DNA of 64,000 nucleotides, from NCBI GenBank assembly GCA_003971905.1, contig RSEE01000015.1, positions 558,001-622,000 on the forward strand. The letters run 5' to 3'. Below are positions 26,917 to 39,982 of this stretch, piece by piece. The translations under genes and the position numbers were made by a program. A model generated the notes under the pieces. That model was not told the origin of the DNA. It did not search any database and saw only the letters and a program-made list of their open reading frames with translations. This DNA comes from Moniliella sp. 'wahieum' (lineage: Eukaryota). Each line of letters begins with the position of its first letter. Within the stretch, counting starts at the first letter, position 1.

Positions 26917-27577
26917 GAGGGAAGACGCAGGCGAGGCGAGGGGACGGGGACGGGGAAAGGGAAAGGGAGGGGAGGGGTGGTGGTGGGGGTGGGGGGTGGG
27001 GTGGGCTCAGTGGGGCTGCTGGCAGGCAGCAGCGGTGACTGGGTGGACGACATGCCTGCGCAGTCAGTCGGGGGGGGGGGGGGGGGGTGGGCTGATTATA
27101 GGACCCGGGGGAAGTGGGTGGTGGAGCAGAGGGCAGCGGGGGTGTGGATGTTGGAGCTGGTGAGTTCGTACCAGCGAAGGGTGGCTCGTATATGCCGGCC
27201 AACGCCGACGCAGGCCGACGCCGGCCGGCGCTGTGCTGTGTGCGTGTGCTGGCTGTGCTGTGTGGTGCTGCCACGGCTGGGCGAAGACTGGGGCGGCGTG
27301 CGCTGGCAGGATGCATTCACCACCCATCAGATCACCTCACCGGCGCCCTGCCCCCACCGCTGCAGCTTTCAGATTTCAGAGGGCGTGGGCTGGGCTGCGC
27401 GCTGTGGCCCGTGCCGCTTGCCACGTTGTGCCCCGCTCGCTCCCTGCGGCCCATGGGCACCCATCGGTAATCGACGAGCAATGTGTGCATGCTGCAGATC
27501 GCTGAGCCTCAGCAGCTAAGCTGTATCGACCGCCCCGTCACGCGCCGCGTTTCGGTTCAATGTGATGTCGATGGGCG

Positions 27578-27672
27578 ACGTTAACGTTTAACGTTTAACG
27601 TTTATCACGCCCGGAGGGCGTGGCTGAGCTCAGCCACCGCACAACCATTGCTTGAAAGTTGGACGTTGAGAG
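27578..27672. promoter_or_regulatory. Motif cluster in the divergent desaturase/Zn2Cys6 intergenic region
   Basis: ACGTTA(ACGTTTA)3 at 27578-27604, a perfect 18-bp palindrome GTGGCTGAGCTCAGCCAC at 27620-27637, and TTGAAAG TTGGACG TTGAGAG at 27652-27672. A regulatory role is inferred from position only. Confidence 0.45.
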
Positions 27673-27910
27673 CCATTGCATTTGAAATGGGCAGCCAGGG
27701 TGCGTGGCACAGCGCACACCCGCCGAGCTAGCCAGGCACTGCCCCCCTAGGGTTAGCCCTGTCTTTTTTTCGTGCAGGCGGTTGGCAGCCACACGACTGA
27801 CGGCATGCCAAACGCACGCAAGCCATCCATCCGCATCAACCATCAACCCACCCGCATACGTCGCATCCCACCCGCACCCCCCACCCCCCCCACCCCGCTC
27901 CTGCTGGCCC

Positions 27911-30900
27911 ATGAGCACCAGCACCCCGTCCTCCGCTGCCGCCGCTGCCGCCCTCACCGCCCCCCTCCTCCCAGCCCCCCTCCACGCCCCGCCCCCGTCC
28001 AGCCCCACCAAGCGCCCCGCAAGCAGCGCCAGCCCATCTCCTGCACCGAGTGTCGCCAGCGCAAGCTCAAGTCAGTCCCACCCATCCCTCCCTCTCTCCT
28101 TTCCTCTCCTCTCCTCCCCCGCCTCCACCCAGACCCACAACCCCCCCCCCCCCCCCCCCCCCACCCCTCCAGATGCGACCGACACATCCCAGGATGCTCA
28201 GCCTGCGTCAAGCGCAAACTCCCTCTTGAGCGATGCAAGTTTGGCGACGAGCGCGACCACGAGACGTCGGAGCAGCGCCTTGCTCGTCTTCGCAAACTCG
28301 AGGAGGGCGAGCGTCGCCGTGCCAACCGCAAAGCCGCCAAGGCAGCACGAGACGGCGGGCACCCCCCTGCAGATGCTTCCTCCGGTCATGCTCATGACGA
28401 TGAAGATGACTCGGACGAGAGCGACGAAGACGACGAACCCGCCAGCCTCAAACGCTCCCGTCTTGACGGGGATAGCCCAAATGCACCTGCGCCGGCTCCT
28501 GCCCCAGGTATGCCGCCAGTCACGATGCCTATGGGCTTCCCTCCACCCGCCCTTCCTGCAAACGGAAGCACCCCTTCCGCCGCCGCTCATGCCCAGCTGG
28601 CTGTTCATGCACGTAACCAGGCCGCACGCATCCAAGCTCAGCGCAAGCTCAAGCTCACGCGCAAGTCCAAGCTCAAGCTCAAGCGCGTGCCGCTCAGCAG
28701 GCTGCGGCTGCAGCCGCTGCCGCTGCTGTAGCCCTTGGCCAGTATCCGCCCTATCCACCTACAGGCGCAGCAGCGTATGAGAATCGATTCAGTACCTCCT
28801 CTTCTCCCCAGGGCGACTCGATTGCACCCACCTCGGCGCAGAATGGGTTACACGCACTGATCACTGCACTTGGCTCGTCCGACCCAGCCTTTAACGGGTT
28901 GCCGCACACGCCCCTCTCAGCCGCTACGACTGCCCCAGGAGTTTCGACCAAGGCAAGTCCCGCCTCGGCGCCAATGAGCAGCGCTGGTGCCAGCCCGCAC
29001 TACATCTCTGCCCCTGGCCCACGCAGTCAATCCCACCACCGTCCTTCGAGCCCACGTCGCGCCGGCATGCCTGCTTTTGCGATCGTGGCTGAGGCTGCCC
29101 AACTTCGCCGGGCCAGTTCCATGTCGCGCCTCCCTCCATCAGGAGCACGCGACCAGGCACGCCTGCCGTCTCAGAGCCGTCCTTGGCGGTCAGGCAACGA
29201 ACATACCACGGAGCTGCTCGATGCGCTAGGAAACCAGGACACGACGAGTGCCGTGTTGGGGCTGCAACGTCTCTACCGAGAAGGCCGGCAAGACACGGAA
29301 TCCGCGTCGGATGGCCCGGAGCAGACGGGACAACCGAAATCCAAATCTTCTCTCCCGCCCCGCAACCGTGTCCGACTGGATACGGCTGAAGGCCACGATG
29401 AGCCTACGGTAGTACGAAAAAGGCATCGCCGTTCGGCTTCTAGCCCTGTGTTTGACAACCGTCTGCACCGCACCAAACTCCCCTTGCCCGATCCGATTTC
29501 GTCGGGTGAGGAGGCTCGGGGACGTCCACGAGAACGACCGGCCCCGCGTGACGAGACTGCAGCCAAGGACGGCAGGAGGAGGAGGCAGGCGCTGCTGATG
29601 ACGACTCTCTTGCCCCCGACGAGCAAGAGGGTCGCTCGACTGGGACCAACCCCACTGCCACCAACAATGATGCGGGACGCAAAGGACAGGCAGCGAAGCA
29701 CCTGCACCGGAATGGGGCCGTCCCCGATCCGACTCGCACCAGACCCAGACCCCAGCACCATCAACAACCAGCACGCATCCAGGGAGCGCCAGCGCCACTC
29801 CGGGCCCTGGGGTGTTTCCAGGGAGTCGGTCTTGGCGGGTTGGGGATGGGCCAGCAAGATGGGAATGCCAATGCGCTCTTGGCGATCGGAGAGAAGGTGT
29901 TGCAAAAGAGTTCGTTAAATGAGGCCAAAGCCAAAACGCGGGCACTGGCGCTGCTGCCAGGCAAACCGCAGACGGTGCAGTTGATCAATATGTACCTTGA
30001 GGAATTGGGAATGATCACCCCGTTTGTGCGGGTGGACTTTGTGATGAAGGAGCTGGATCTGCTGTACGACTCGGTGCCGGTTGCTTTGGATCCAAGGGAG
30101 CGAATGTGCTTCCTACTGTGGTTGAGAAGGGGCCAGGTGGGATGATTCGACAAAGACTTGTCGACGCCAACGACAACAACCCCATTGCCCCTTCTTCTCC
30201 GCGACCTGCGGCGGTGGTCCAGCCGGTGGTTGGAACCGGCCCCGGTGCGGGGGAACCTCAGCCGCGCCTGACGTTTCTAGCGTACGTCTTGTTTGCCTTG
30301 AGTGCGATTGTGGAACTGCTACCATCGACAACCATCATCTCTTTCAACTTGGTTCGGAGCAGCGATCAAATTTCCACGCTTCTCCATGATTGGCTTGACA
30401 CGGCACTCGAATGCCTCGAGGCAAACGAGTTGGCTGCTCATCCTTCCCTCGAAGGGGTTCAAGCCAGCTTGGTGGCTGCCATCACGTTGGCTCACCGTTT
30501 CCGACACGAGGACCTACTGAAGCTATTGGATGGCGGTATGCGTGCGGCTCGGCGATTGGCATTGGACCGTCTTGGCTCGGCTGCAGATACACCTGATTAC
30601 CCTGGTCAGACGCCCGAGGAGGCTGCTCTTGGTGCCGAGGACGATCGGGGTGTGGGCGCTGCGCCAGGGCCGGCGCCTCGGCCGGACCTGTATGCTTCGC
30701 TGGATATGAGTCTACGAAAATCGTCTCATTGGTGGGTCGATCCCGACGTACAGATGAGCATGGACAACCTTGAAATTGGCAGGGCCGTGTGGAGTGCACT
30801 GGCCATGACGGATTGGAACCATTCGGGCTTAAATGGGTCCTACTCGATCCGACCATACAGCTACACTACCTGCCCTCCCTATGCGCCTGCACCCCGAGAA

Positions 30901-32968
30901 AGCAGTCGGAGGGGAATGCCGAGCCCGCATGATGCGTGGCTCGGTCTGCTGGAAGCAGCCGATGTGGCGCGGCAGGTACAGGAGTTGACGATTCAAGCCG
31001 AGGTGCTGGGGCAAGAGGTGGACTACCAAGAAGTACTCAAACTGGACGCCAAGCTGCACAACGTTTTGGCACAGCGAGCCTGGACGCGGCGCGAGACGGA
31101 TCTGACGTTTGGCCAAGAAGAACTGAAAAACAACATTGACATCAAGCGGCTCCAAAAGCAAGCAAGCCTGATCCGGGGTACGGTTCACTATCGCACACTC
31201 AAGTTGCATCGGCCGTTTATGAGCAAGGGATACCGTTATCCGGACCAGCCCTTTGTCGCCTCGGTGCCCCGTGCGCTCGACTCGGCACGGCAGCTGGTGA
31301 TTGAGGCGCGTCTGATGGCTGCCAACAACTGGATCTCCCGCCGGGACCGCATCCAGCGCTACTACCTCTTCCAAGCCTGCTTGGCCATGATCACCGACTT
31401 GTGGTACCGCCCACGTACATTTTACCCTCTTCACCCCCACCGTTCCGGCTTCAGCTCCAGCCCCGGCCACCAGCTCCACCCCCGAGACCCTACCCGGCTC
31501 AACGCCTAGTGGGGCAGACACTCCGAACGGCGAGCGCAGCCAAGTCGCCTGCCAGTGTGGGTGAGGAGGAGGAGGGTCCGCCACCCAAGGCCATGTCGGA
31601 TGTGGGGCCTGCTTCGTCGGCGATGTTGGAACCGAGTGTGATTGGGTTTGACAGTCCGGAAGAGACGAGGGAGATGGAGGACAACTTGACTTGGATCATC
31701 GATCGACTCAAGGACGAGGGCCAGGCGGTGGAAGGATCGGTGCTGCATGGGGTCAGTAAAATCTCGAGCGTTTGATGGCTGCCACGGTCCAACGGGGGCT
31801 TCAGCAACAGATGCTGCGCTCGCAGAACCGTGCGTCGCCAGCGCCCGTTGCTGTGCCGGAAGGGATGGGTTCAGGTTCAGGTTCGGGTTCGGTGGGAGAA
31901 CCAACTGATCCATCCACTTCACTTGCCGCCCACCACGTACCCCATCCGTCTTCTCTGCCTTCAACCTCTACCGCCCCTGTGCCCAGTGTTGTGGCTCCTG
32001 GCTTGGACGGCACGCTTTCTGCCTCTGCCCCCAACCTGCAGCTCCCGTCCAATGGGACCGACGATGACGAGATGTGCAACTTATGGACGCGCGTCTTTCC
32101 AGATTGGCCGATATGACGCCCCAAACGTGGAGTACCCAGTTGGGGGGCCTGGGGGCGCTAGGTGGGCTTGGTGGGCTGGGGGCGCTGGCGGCGCTCGGCG
32201 GCTTGGCTGGCCCCTCGGGACTGGGGGATTTGAGCTCGCTGAGCCAACTGAGTGGATTGAGTGCCTTGTCTCAACTCTCCCTTGGTGTTCTGGGCGGAGG
32301 CGCGAACCTGAACTCGCTTCAACTTCTCCAACAACTTCAACAACTCGGTGCGCTTCAAGGGATCCAAGGCTTGCAACAAAACCTTCAGCAGTTGGCCCAG
32401 TTGAATCTGCTGGGCACAGCCGGAGTCGGAGTCGGGGTCGGGGCAGGGGCAGGGGCGACTGTACCCCCTACCGCCACCAGTGCTGCACCTCCATTGGCGC
32501 CTACACCCGCAGGCGTTCCCGGCTGGCCTGCGACGACGGGGACGACGGGACCGCAAACGCCTTCCTCGACCCAACTTGCGCCTGCACCCAGCACGCCCGG
32601 CCACGATTCGCAAGACCTGATGAGCTACTTTTTAGCGAGCGGCGCGCGAATTTGCCACGACGCCATCGAGTACCGCTGGTCTCGCACCCACCCCCGCCGC
32701 TACGGGGCCTGCTCTTCACCCGTCTACGCCTGGGCCCGGACCAGGAGCCGGACCGGGACCTGGACGGGGCATGCAGCCGTCTCCCGGGCTGGCGCATGTC
32801 GGCGCCGCTGTCACCACGCCCTCCTCGGGACCGGCTGTTACCGCCCTGGACAGCTCCATGCACCCGTCCATGTTCCCGCCTGGGGTAGCGTGGGAACAAG
32901 CGTGGACCGAACTGTTTGACACACTCGAAGGTGATACGCAATCGGTTGCCGGCGCATCGAGCATGTAA
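27911..32968 (+). CDS. Large Zn(II)2Cys6 fungal transcription factor
   Basis: RKQRQPISCTECRQRKLK|CDRHIPGCSACVKRKLPLERC (intron 28071-28172). Middle-homology-like region at about 29900-31420 (HPSLEGVQA, AARRLALDRLG, EIGRAVWSALAMTDW, YRTLKLHRPFMSKGY). Acidic-aromatic C-terminus WEQAWTELFDTLEGD. Many frameshifts. Confidence 0.88.
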
Positions 32969-33470
32969 TTCATGTAAATTTTTCCCTCCTCCCCGTTGCC
33001 TTCCCTTTCCCTCGCCCTTGTCCCTTTCCCTTGCTCGTGTCCTTGTCCTTGCCTTTTCTCATCGCGCCGTCTCTCGCTCAGACCTCTTTGTATGCTCATG
33101 CGTTCCCTTGGGCGGCCCTGTCCACCGCCCGGGGAACCGGAATTTGCTAGCTCTGTATCACCCACCTTGTGGCTATGCTCGGGTGTCATGTACCCTTGTA
33201 ACCTCCAATGTACCTTGCGCGCTTGCTGGGACTACGAGTGCTGAGTGACTAGTGAGCATGTAGGGCAGCACAAGCTGCGGTGACGCTATAGCACACTGGG
33301 TGGGCTCACCGGTTACCGCTCACCTCAGCATAGCTCGAGCACATGGCATGGCCAACCAGGTTCGTCGATAATCAAGAAACAGAGGCAACAGAGACAACTG
33401 CGATAATGGGGGGGGGGGGGGGGGGAGGGTCGAGCACAGTACCGGCGAAAGGCAACAAGAACGACGGGAG

Positions 33471-33498
33471 GCGACAAGCGACAAGCGACAAGCGAAAA
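33471..33498. repeat. 7-bp tandem GCGACAA x3 plus GCGAAAA
   Basis: Read directly. Lies between convergent genes. Confidence 0.8.
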
Positions 33499-33664
33499 AT
33501 GAATAAAAGGAAGTAGATAATGATGTAGTGACGTGGTGGCGTAATGACGATCCAGCCCACTTACTTCTTGCCTTGGCCCTGTCCCCACGAACGCGCAGTG
33601 GTCAAAACGACAAAGGCCGATAGGAGCTCGACAGGGGTGCCCAATGCGGCCCCCAAACCCATCG

Positions 33665-33694
33665 CATGCACATGCACATGCACATGCACATGCA
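33665..33694. repeat. (CATGCA)5 alternating purine/pyrimidine microsatellite
   Basis: Read directly. Just downstream of the Rab stop codon. Confidence 0.9.
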
Positions 33695-33725
33695 CACCCG
33701 CACACCCACCCCTACCCACGAGAAA

Positions 33726-34948
<1,223 letters not shown>

Positions 34949-35143
34949 TCATGCGCATTGCGCACCCCGCCGCCTGGCGTAACGCGCAAGGGACTATGGC
35001 TAGCCACAGCACTCGACCCCCCCCCGGCGGGCGCAGGCTGCCGCAAGAGGGAGCACGCCGGCGCTGATTCCTGATTCATGCCTGATCACATGCACCCTCC
35101 ATTACCCGGCGCCCGCTCCTCCCTCCCGCCCACCACCGCCGCC

Positions 35144-37478
35144 ATGCTCGACGCCACGGCCACCACCGCCACCCTCACGCCCCATGCGCTCGAGCATGTC
35201 TCCTCTGCCGCCCCCAGCTATGCCGCCCCCCTCCCTCCCCCGGCACACGACGACGACGCTCTCAGCGCGGCCCAGTTCGCCGCCGCACGCCGCCTGCGCC
35301 AGCTCGACCCCCTCCAGCGCCCACCCGCCCGCCCGTCCCTCGGCCTCAATCCCCACTGGCGCCTCCATCCCTCCTCCTCCAACAGTGTCGGCCACTTTGG
35401 CCGCCGTGGCGAGGCAATTGGTGTGTGCACCACTGCCAGACAGGATGGCATAGACATGTCTGCTGACCCTCTTTTCCCTCCCTCCCCTACTCAGCCGGTG
35501 TGGCCCCCCGAACTCGATCCCCGTGCGTCCAATTTCCGACTGCCGCCCAGTGCCGCATCCATCTACTCTGTTTCTGTACAAGCCCCCGGCAGCCCGCCCT
35601 CGACTGTCGATGACGACCACCCGACCGAGGGAGATAACGATGCGGACGACGAAGAGGGGCATTGGCCACCCCGCTCGATCCTGACGCGGTCCTCCTCTCA
35701 TCCGAAGCCGAGAGTGTCCGCGGCTTGTCGCCCCCGCTCATGTCGCCCATGGCCAGCCGAGGCACCATGACTCCCCCCGCCTAACCATGACTGAACGTTC
35801 TGATCCGTTTGCCCGTAACACATTTGCCTTTGGAGGTTTGCTGGCTGCCTCGGGCTCGAATCTCTCGCTTCACCCATCTATGATGGTTCCTGCTCTGTCC
35901 CCTTCTCGTACCACTCTGGTCCCCGCATTTGGGCACAACCATTCCCTCTACCCTCTTCGCCCCGCACGATCCTCTCAAGCGCCTGCCTCTATCGCTGCTA
36001 CTATTGGGTCGGATCCTGATGTTCGCAGTATGGCCACCGCTAGCACTTCATCAGACTCGCGCCCTCCAGTCCAGCGGGGCGCAGTTCCAGTTCGTTTGAC
36101 GTTGCCTCTCCACGATCACGACTACGTTCGGGCCCGAATACACTCTTCGGACTGAAGGACTGGAGGTGTCCTCTGCACCTCTCCCTTTGATGAGGGCTCG
36201 CTCTGCCTCCTTCCAGTCCGAATCCACGGCCTCTTCCTCTTATGGAGTGGGATCGGCTCGCAGCGGGATCGATTCACCATATGGGGAGCGTGCGACAAGC
36301 TTTGCCGGCACTTCAATTGCTGCCACCTCTGTCGATTCGGTCGGTGGCCTCCCCCCTGCGGCTCCATTAGGAGGGGATATAGGCGAGCCTATTCTGGAAG
36401 AAGTCGAACACCAGACCAATGTCAGCGTCTCGGTCGCCCCGAGTGAGGCTGGTAGCGGAGCGGATGTGAGTGAATTGAACGCTCCCCCGCTTCGTACGCT
36501 TCATCACTGGGATATGATCACCGCTACCGTCACCATCGCCCCGCCGGATCGATCGACGAAGAAAGCGATGGCGACAGTGACGATATTCATGGTGGCGTTA
36601 CCGATGGCGAGAATGGTTTGGTTGCAGGGGAGGAGGATGGCGACTCCATCCGTCACGGTACCTCGACCACGGGAGCAGACAACTTTGGTTCTACCCCTTG
36701 GTTCCCGTTCGATCCTTACCCCGCTTGGCGTTGGCGCCAGGTGAATTGCCCATGCCTCTTTCACTCTCTTTTGGCCCTGGTCTAGCTGCCTTTCGCTCTG
36801 CGCAGCCCACCAGGGCCCCGTCAACAGTGGCTACGGCCGGTACCGCCTCCCCCCCTCAAAGTGTGGCAAGTGCAACGTCTGAAACGTCTCTTAAAGCGCG
36901 TGGATCCCGTTCTTTGGTCCGTGGCAACCGCTCGGGAGAGGCCGAAGCGACGTTGGCAGCCTTTCCGATGGGGAATATGTTGCCCGGTCCGACTCGGAGC
37001 AGGCGACTGCAGGAAGTGAAGAGTCGGAGGACGATTGCACTGACACGGAACCGACGTTTAGCCAAACGTCCTTGCGAACTAGCCAGTCCTACCACTCTCC
37101 CGAAACCCCACCTTCGCGCTCCTCTTTATTATTGCACCCCTTGCCGCATCCGTACGCCCCCTCGCCCTTCCACACCAACCCACCTGAAGCAGAGGAGGAC
37201 AGCACGATGGATACGATGCCGGGATCGTGGGTGGGAACTCCCCCGTCGAGTGCGCGAAGCTATGGAGAGTGGGAGTACGGGTACGGTGGGGACCAGCATG
37301 CGGCTCCTCCGCCTCCCCCCTGCTGGGATGGGACTTACCGTCCGGGCCGTTCCCGCACCGCGCCCATGTGGCCATGCGGGGCTTGAGCTTGGCCGATCTG
37401 CCCCAGGACCCACCTGGCTGCAGCACCAATCCTCCCACCCCGTTGGCCCACGAAACGGGACTGTACTACCTTGGCTGA
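35144..37478 (+). CDS. Hypothetical Ser/Pro-rich, probably disordered protein
   Basis: Chain of same-strand low-complexity ORF pieces (35078-35770, 35787-36155, 36166-36744, on to 37478) divergent from the Rab gene. No domain recognised. Confidence 0.5.
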
Positions 37479-37496
37479 GGTTCCGGACGGTGGTGG

Positions 37497-37547
37497 ATCG
37501 TATCGTATCGTATCGTATCGTATCGTATCGTATCGTATCGTATCGTA
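37497..37547. repeat. (TATCG)~10 microsatellite
   Basis: Read directly. Confidence 0.95.
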
Positions 37548-38258
37548 CAAGTAACCAATGTATCATACTTCGTTTGTATTGGTATTTGTATTTGTATTCT
37601 GTTATCCTCTTGCCCCCTTCAGACCTCAGGGTGACGACTCAGGCCCCTTCGTGCGCCAGTGCGGTGCGATGTGCGCAGATAACCATCCTTGGTAGGCCAG
37701 AGATGGCGCAAGCTTCTGCACTCTCCCCCATCTCCTGCTAAATGCTCAACGCTCAACGAGCTCAACGTGCTCAGCCCATGCCATCGCATTGGACTCTTCA
37801 AAATTCAGCGGAGACGGCGAGGAGTTGTTCCGAGATAGTTGACGAGGCCGGCCACCTTGATCCTCGTCCGAGCGGATCGCTTCCGACAGATGTCAGCGAT
37901 ACCACAGGCGTGCTCCACCAATTAATTCCGATCGGGATATCCTTTGGTGGGTGTGACATTGGAAATCTGTTGTCGTACCCAAGCTGGGTCCCAGTGGGGT
38001 ATATTCCTGGCAATCGGTTCGTACGTAAGCCTTGCTCACTGGGCCTGTGCCCCAGCTTTCCTGGCCTTTCCCACTGTTCTCGCACCTTCCAGCGGCGGCT
38101 CGAACGACGCTGCTACCGTTGTCGGCGACCTTCGACCTGGCCCTGACGACGGCGGTTCCAGAACGATGAGGGTGCCCAGCTGTGGATAAAGGCAAGGCAG
38201 GATGACATTCCTCCTCGCCTTCCCTCCACACCACCCTTCTCTCGCCAGCATCACTAGC

Positions 38259-39572
38259 ATGCCGCTCCTCGTCTTCAGCCCGCCCGTCGCGCCTGTCCCA
38301 CCAGCGCGTCATCAGCACTGCTATGCCCCGCAACGCTATGTCGATGCGCCTCACCAAATCATCTATCGACCCTTCCGATCTTCGCCCAAGCATGCTCGTT
38401 TCCAACAAGAACACGCACGTCGTGAACGCGTGCAACTTCAGCGCCAGGAAGCGCTTGCGGCGCGTGTCATGCGGATCGAGGCGGCTCGGCGCCAGGCAGC
38501 GGAAGAGCTAGAGCGCCGCCAACGCCGTGCTCTCGCCCGCCAACAGCGGCAAGCACAGCTGCGTGCAATTCAGATGGAAGAACACCTACAAGAGCAGCTA
38601 CGTGCCCGCCAGCTTCAGGAACAGCAACGACAATGCTTGCGTGCCCTTGAACTCAAGGAACAACGGCAGCGTGCCCGTGAGCTAAGGCTGCGCCGTCCTC
38701 GCTCCCTGGCCCACCACAGCCAACTTGTCTGGTCCCCCGAGACCCAGTCAACCCCGTTCGATTCGCTGGTGCCCTACTTGGATTCAGCTGCGATTTCCCC
38801 CCATGCAACCGATCTTGACGACTTTTTGCGCGCTCTCTTTGCCCCTGGGTCGGATTCGAACGACAACAGTCCCGCCGGGAACCGGAGCACGATGAGCAAT
38901 ACGAACAAGATGAGCAAGATGAGCAAGATGACAATGATGAACAAGACGAATCTGCGTCACAACACGATTCAGACGAGGACGTGAACCCAGATGAGGCAAC
39001 CGACCCTTCGGATGACGGCTCGGAGCTTGAAGGGTACTCTACCGCTTCTGAATCCCCAGAGGACGGTGTAGCGCAGCCTACGACCGCGGTTCAGCCATCA
39101 CTCACCGTAGAAAGGGATGAGGCTCTGGTTGCGAGCACGCCCAAGCTAACAGAGCCGTCCCAAGTTTGTCCGCACCAGCTGCGGCACCACTTTCTCCATC
39201 CTCTCGGCCCCCGAGGAGTCATACACTATTTTTCCATCCTTTCACCGAGGCGCTTCTAGGCGATTCGAGCAAGATTGATGTGGATCGATTTCGGTGGAGG
39301 TGGACGGGAAGCACGTTACCATCTCGGGTCTGTGGCCATTGGGATCGGCGTCGAGTCCGAGACGGAGACAGCGAGCCCGTACGGCGCGTTTCGGGACGTG
39401 GACGAGTCGGGAGAAGAGATTCTGCTTCCTCACGATACGGATTCCGATTCGGACAGTTCGAGGCTGACTCGGTCAGCTCGATCAGCAGGACCATTGTTTT
39501 GCCGGACCATGTATCTGCCGACCGCTTCATGCGAACGTGACAGATGCTGGGTTTGTCATTCGGACCGATTAA
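38259..39572 (+). CDS. Coiled-coil protein with a C-terminal HSP20/alpha-crystallin-like domain
   Basis: N-terminal R/Q/E helical stretch and an acidic linker. After frameshift correction: KIDVD.ISVEVDGKHVTISGLWP ... ISRTIVLPDHVSAD.LHANVTDAGFVIRTD*, resembling alpha-crystallin beta4-5 and beta7-9. Confidence 0.6.
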
Positions 39573-39982
39573 GCCCATCCATGATTGATAATGCACTTTG
39601 CTATTGGTTCCACCATCATATATCCATGCCATACGCCGAGTCTACTTCAGCTATTCTAGTTGGTAACGGACAAGCGGAGAATGGAGGCCCAACCCTTGGG
39701 CATCTCAATAGTGTTTCTGCGAAATTGATAGAGGTACAGGATCAAAAGTTAGGACAGAGTCAAAGGAACTTAGCAGGCTGGTGTAGTGAAAGGAATACAG
39801 GTTCCCGAGGGACTGGTGTAGGTGTAGCCATCAGAGCACAATCAGACATGTTAAGCAAAAGAGAAAGAGGAACAACGCGGGGTGCTCTGATCCAAATTGG
39901 TAGGGTAAGAGAGAATGAATGTCAGTGGAGAGATGAAGCATCAGGGAGAGACAAATGGGAGAAACTATATGCAGTGGGATAG

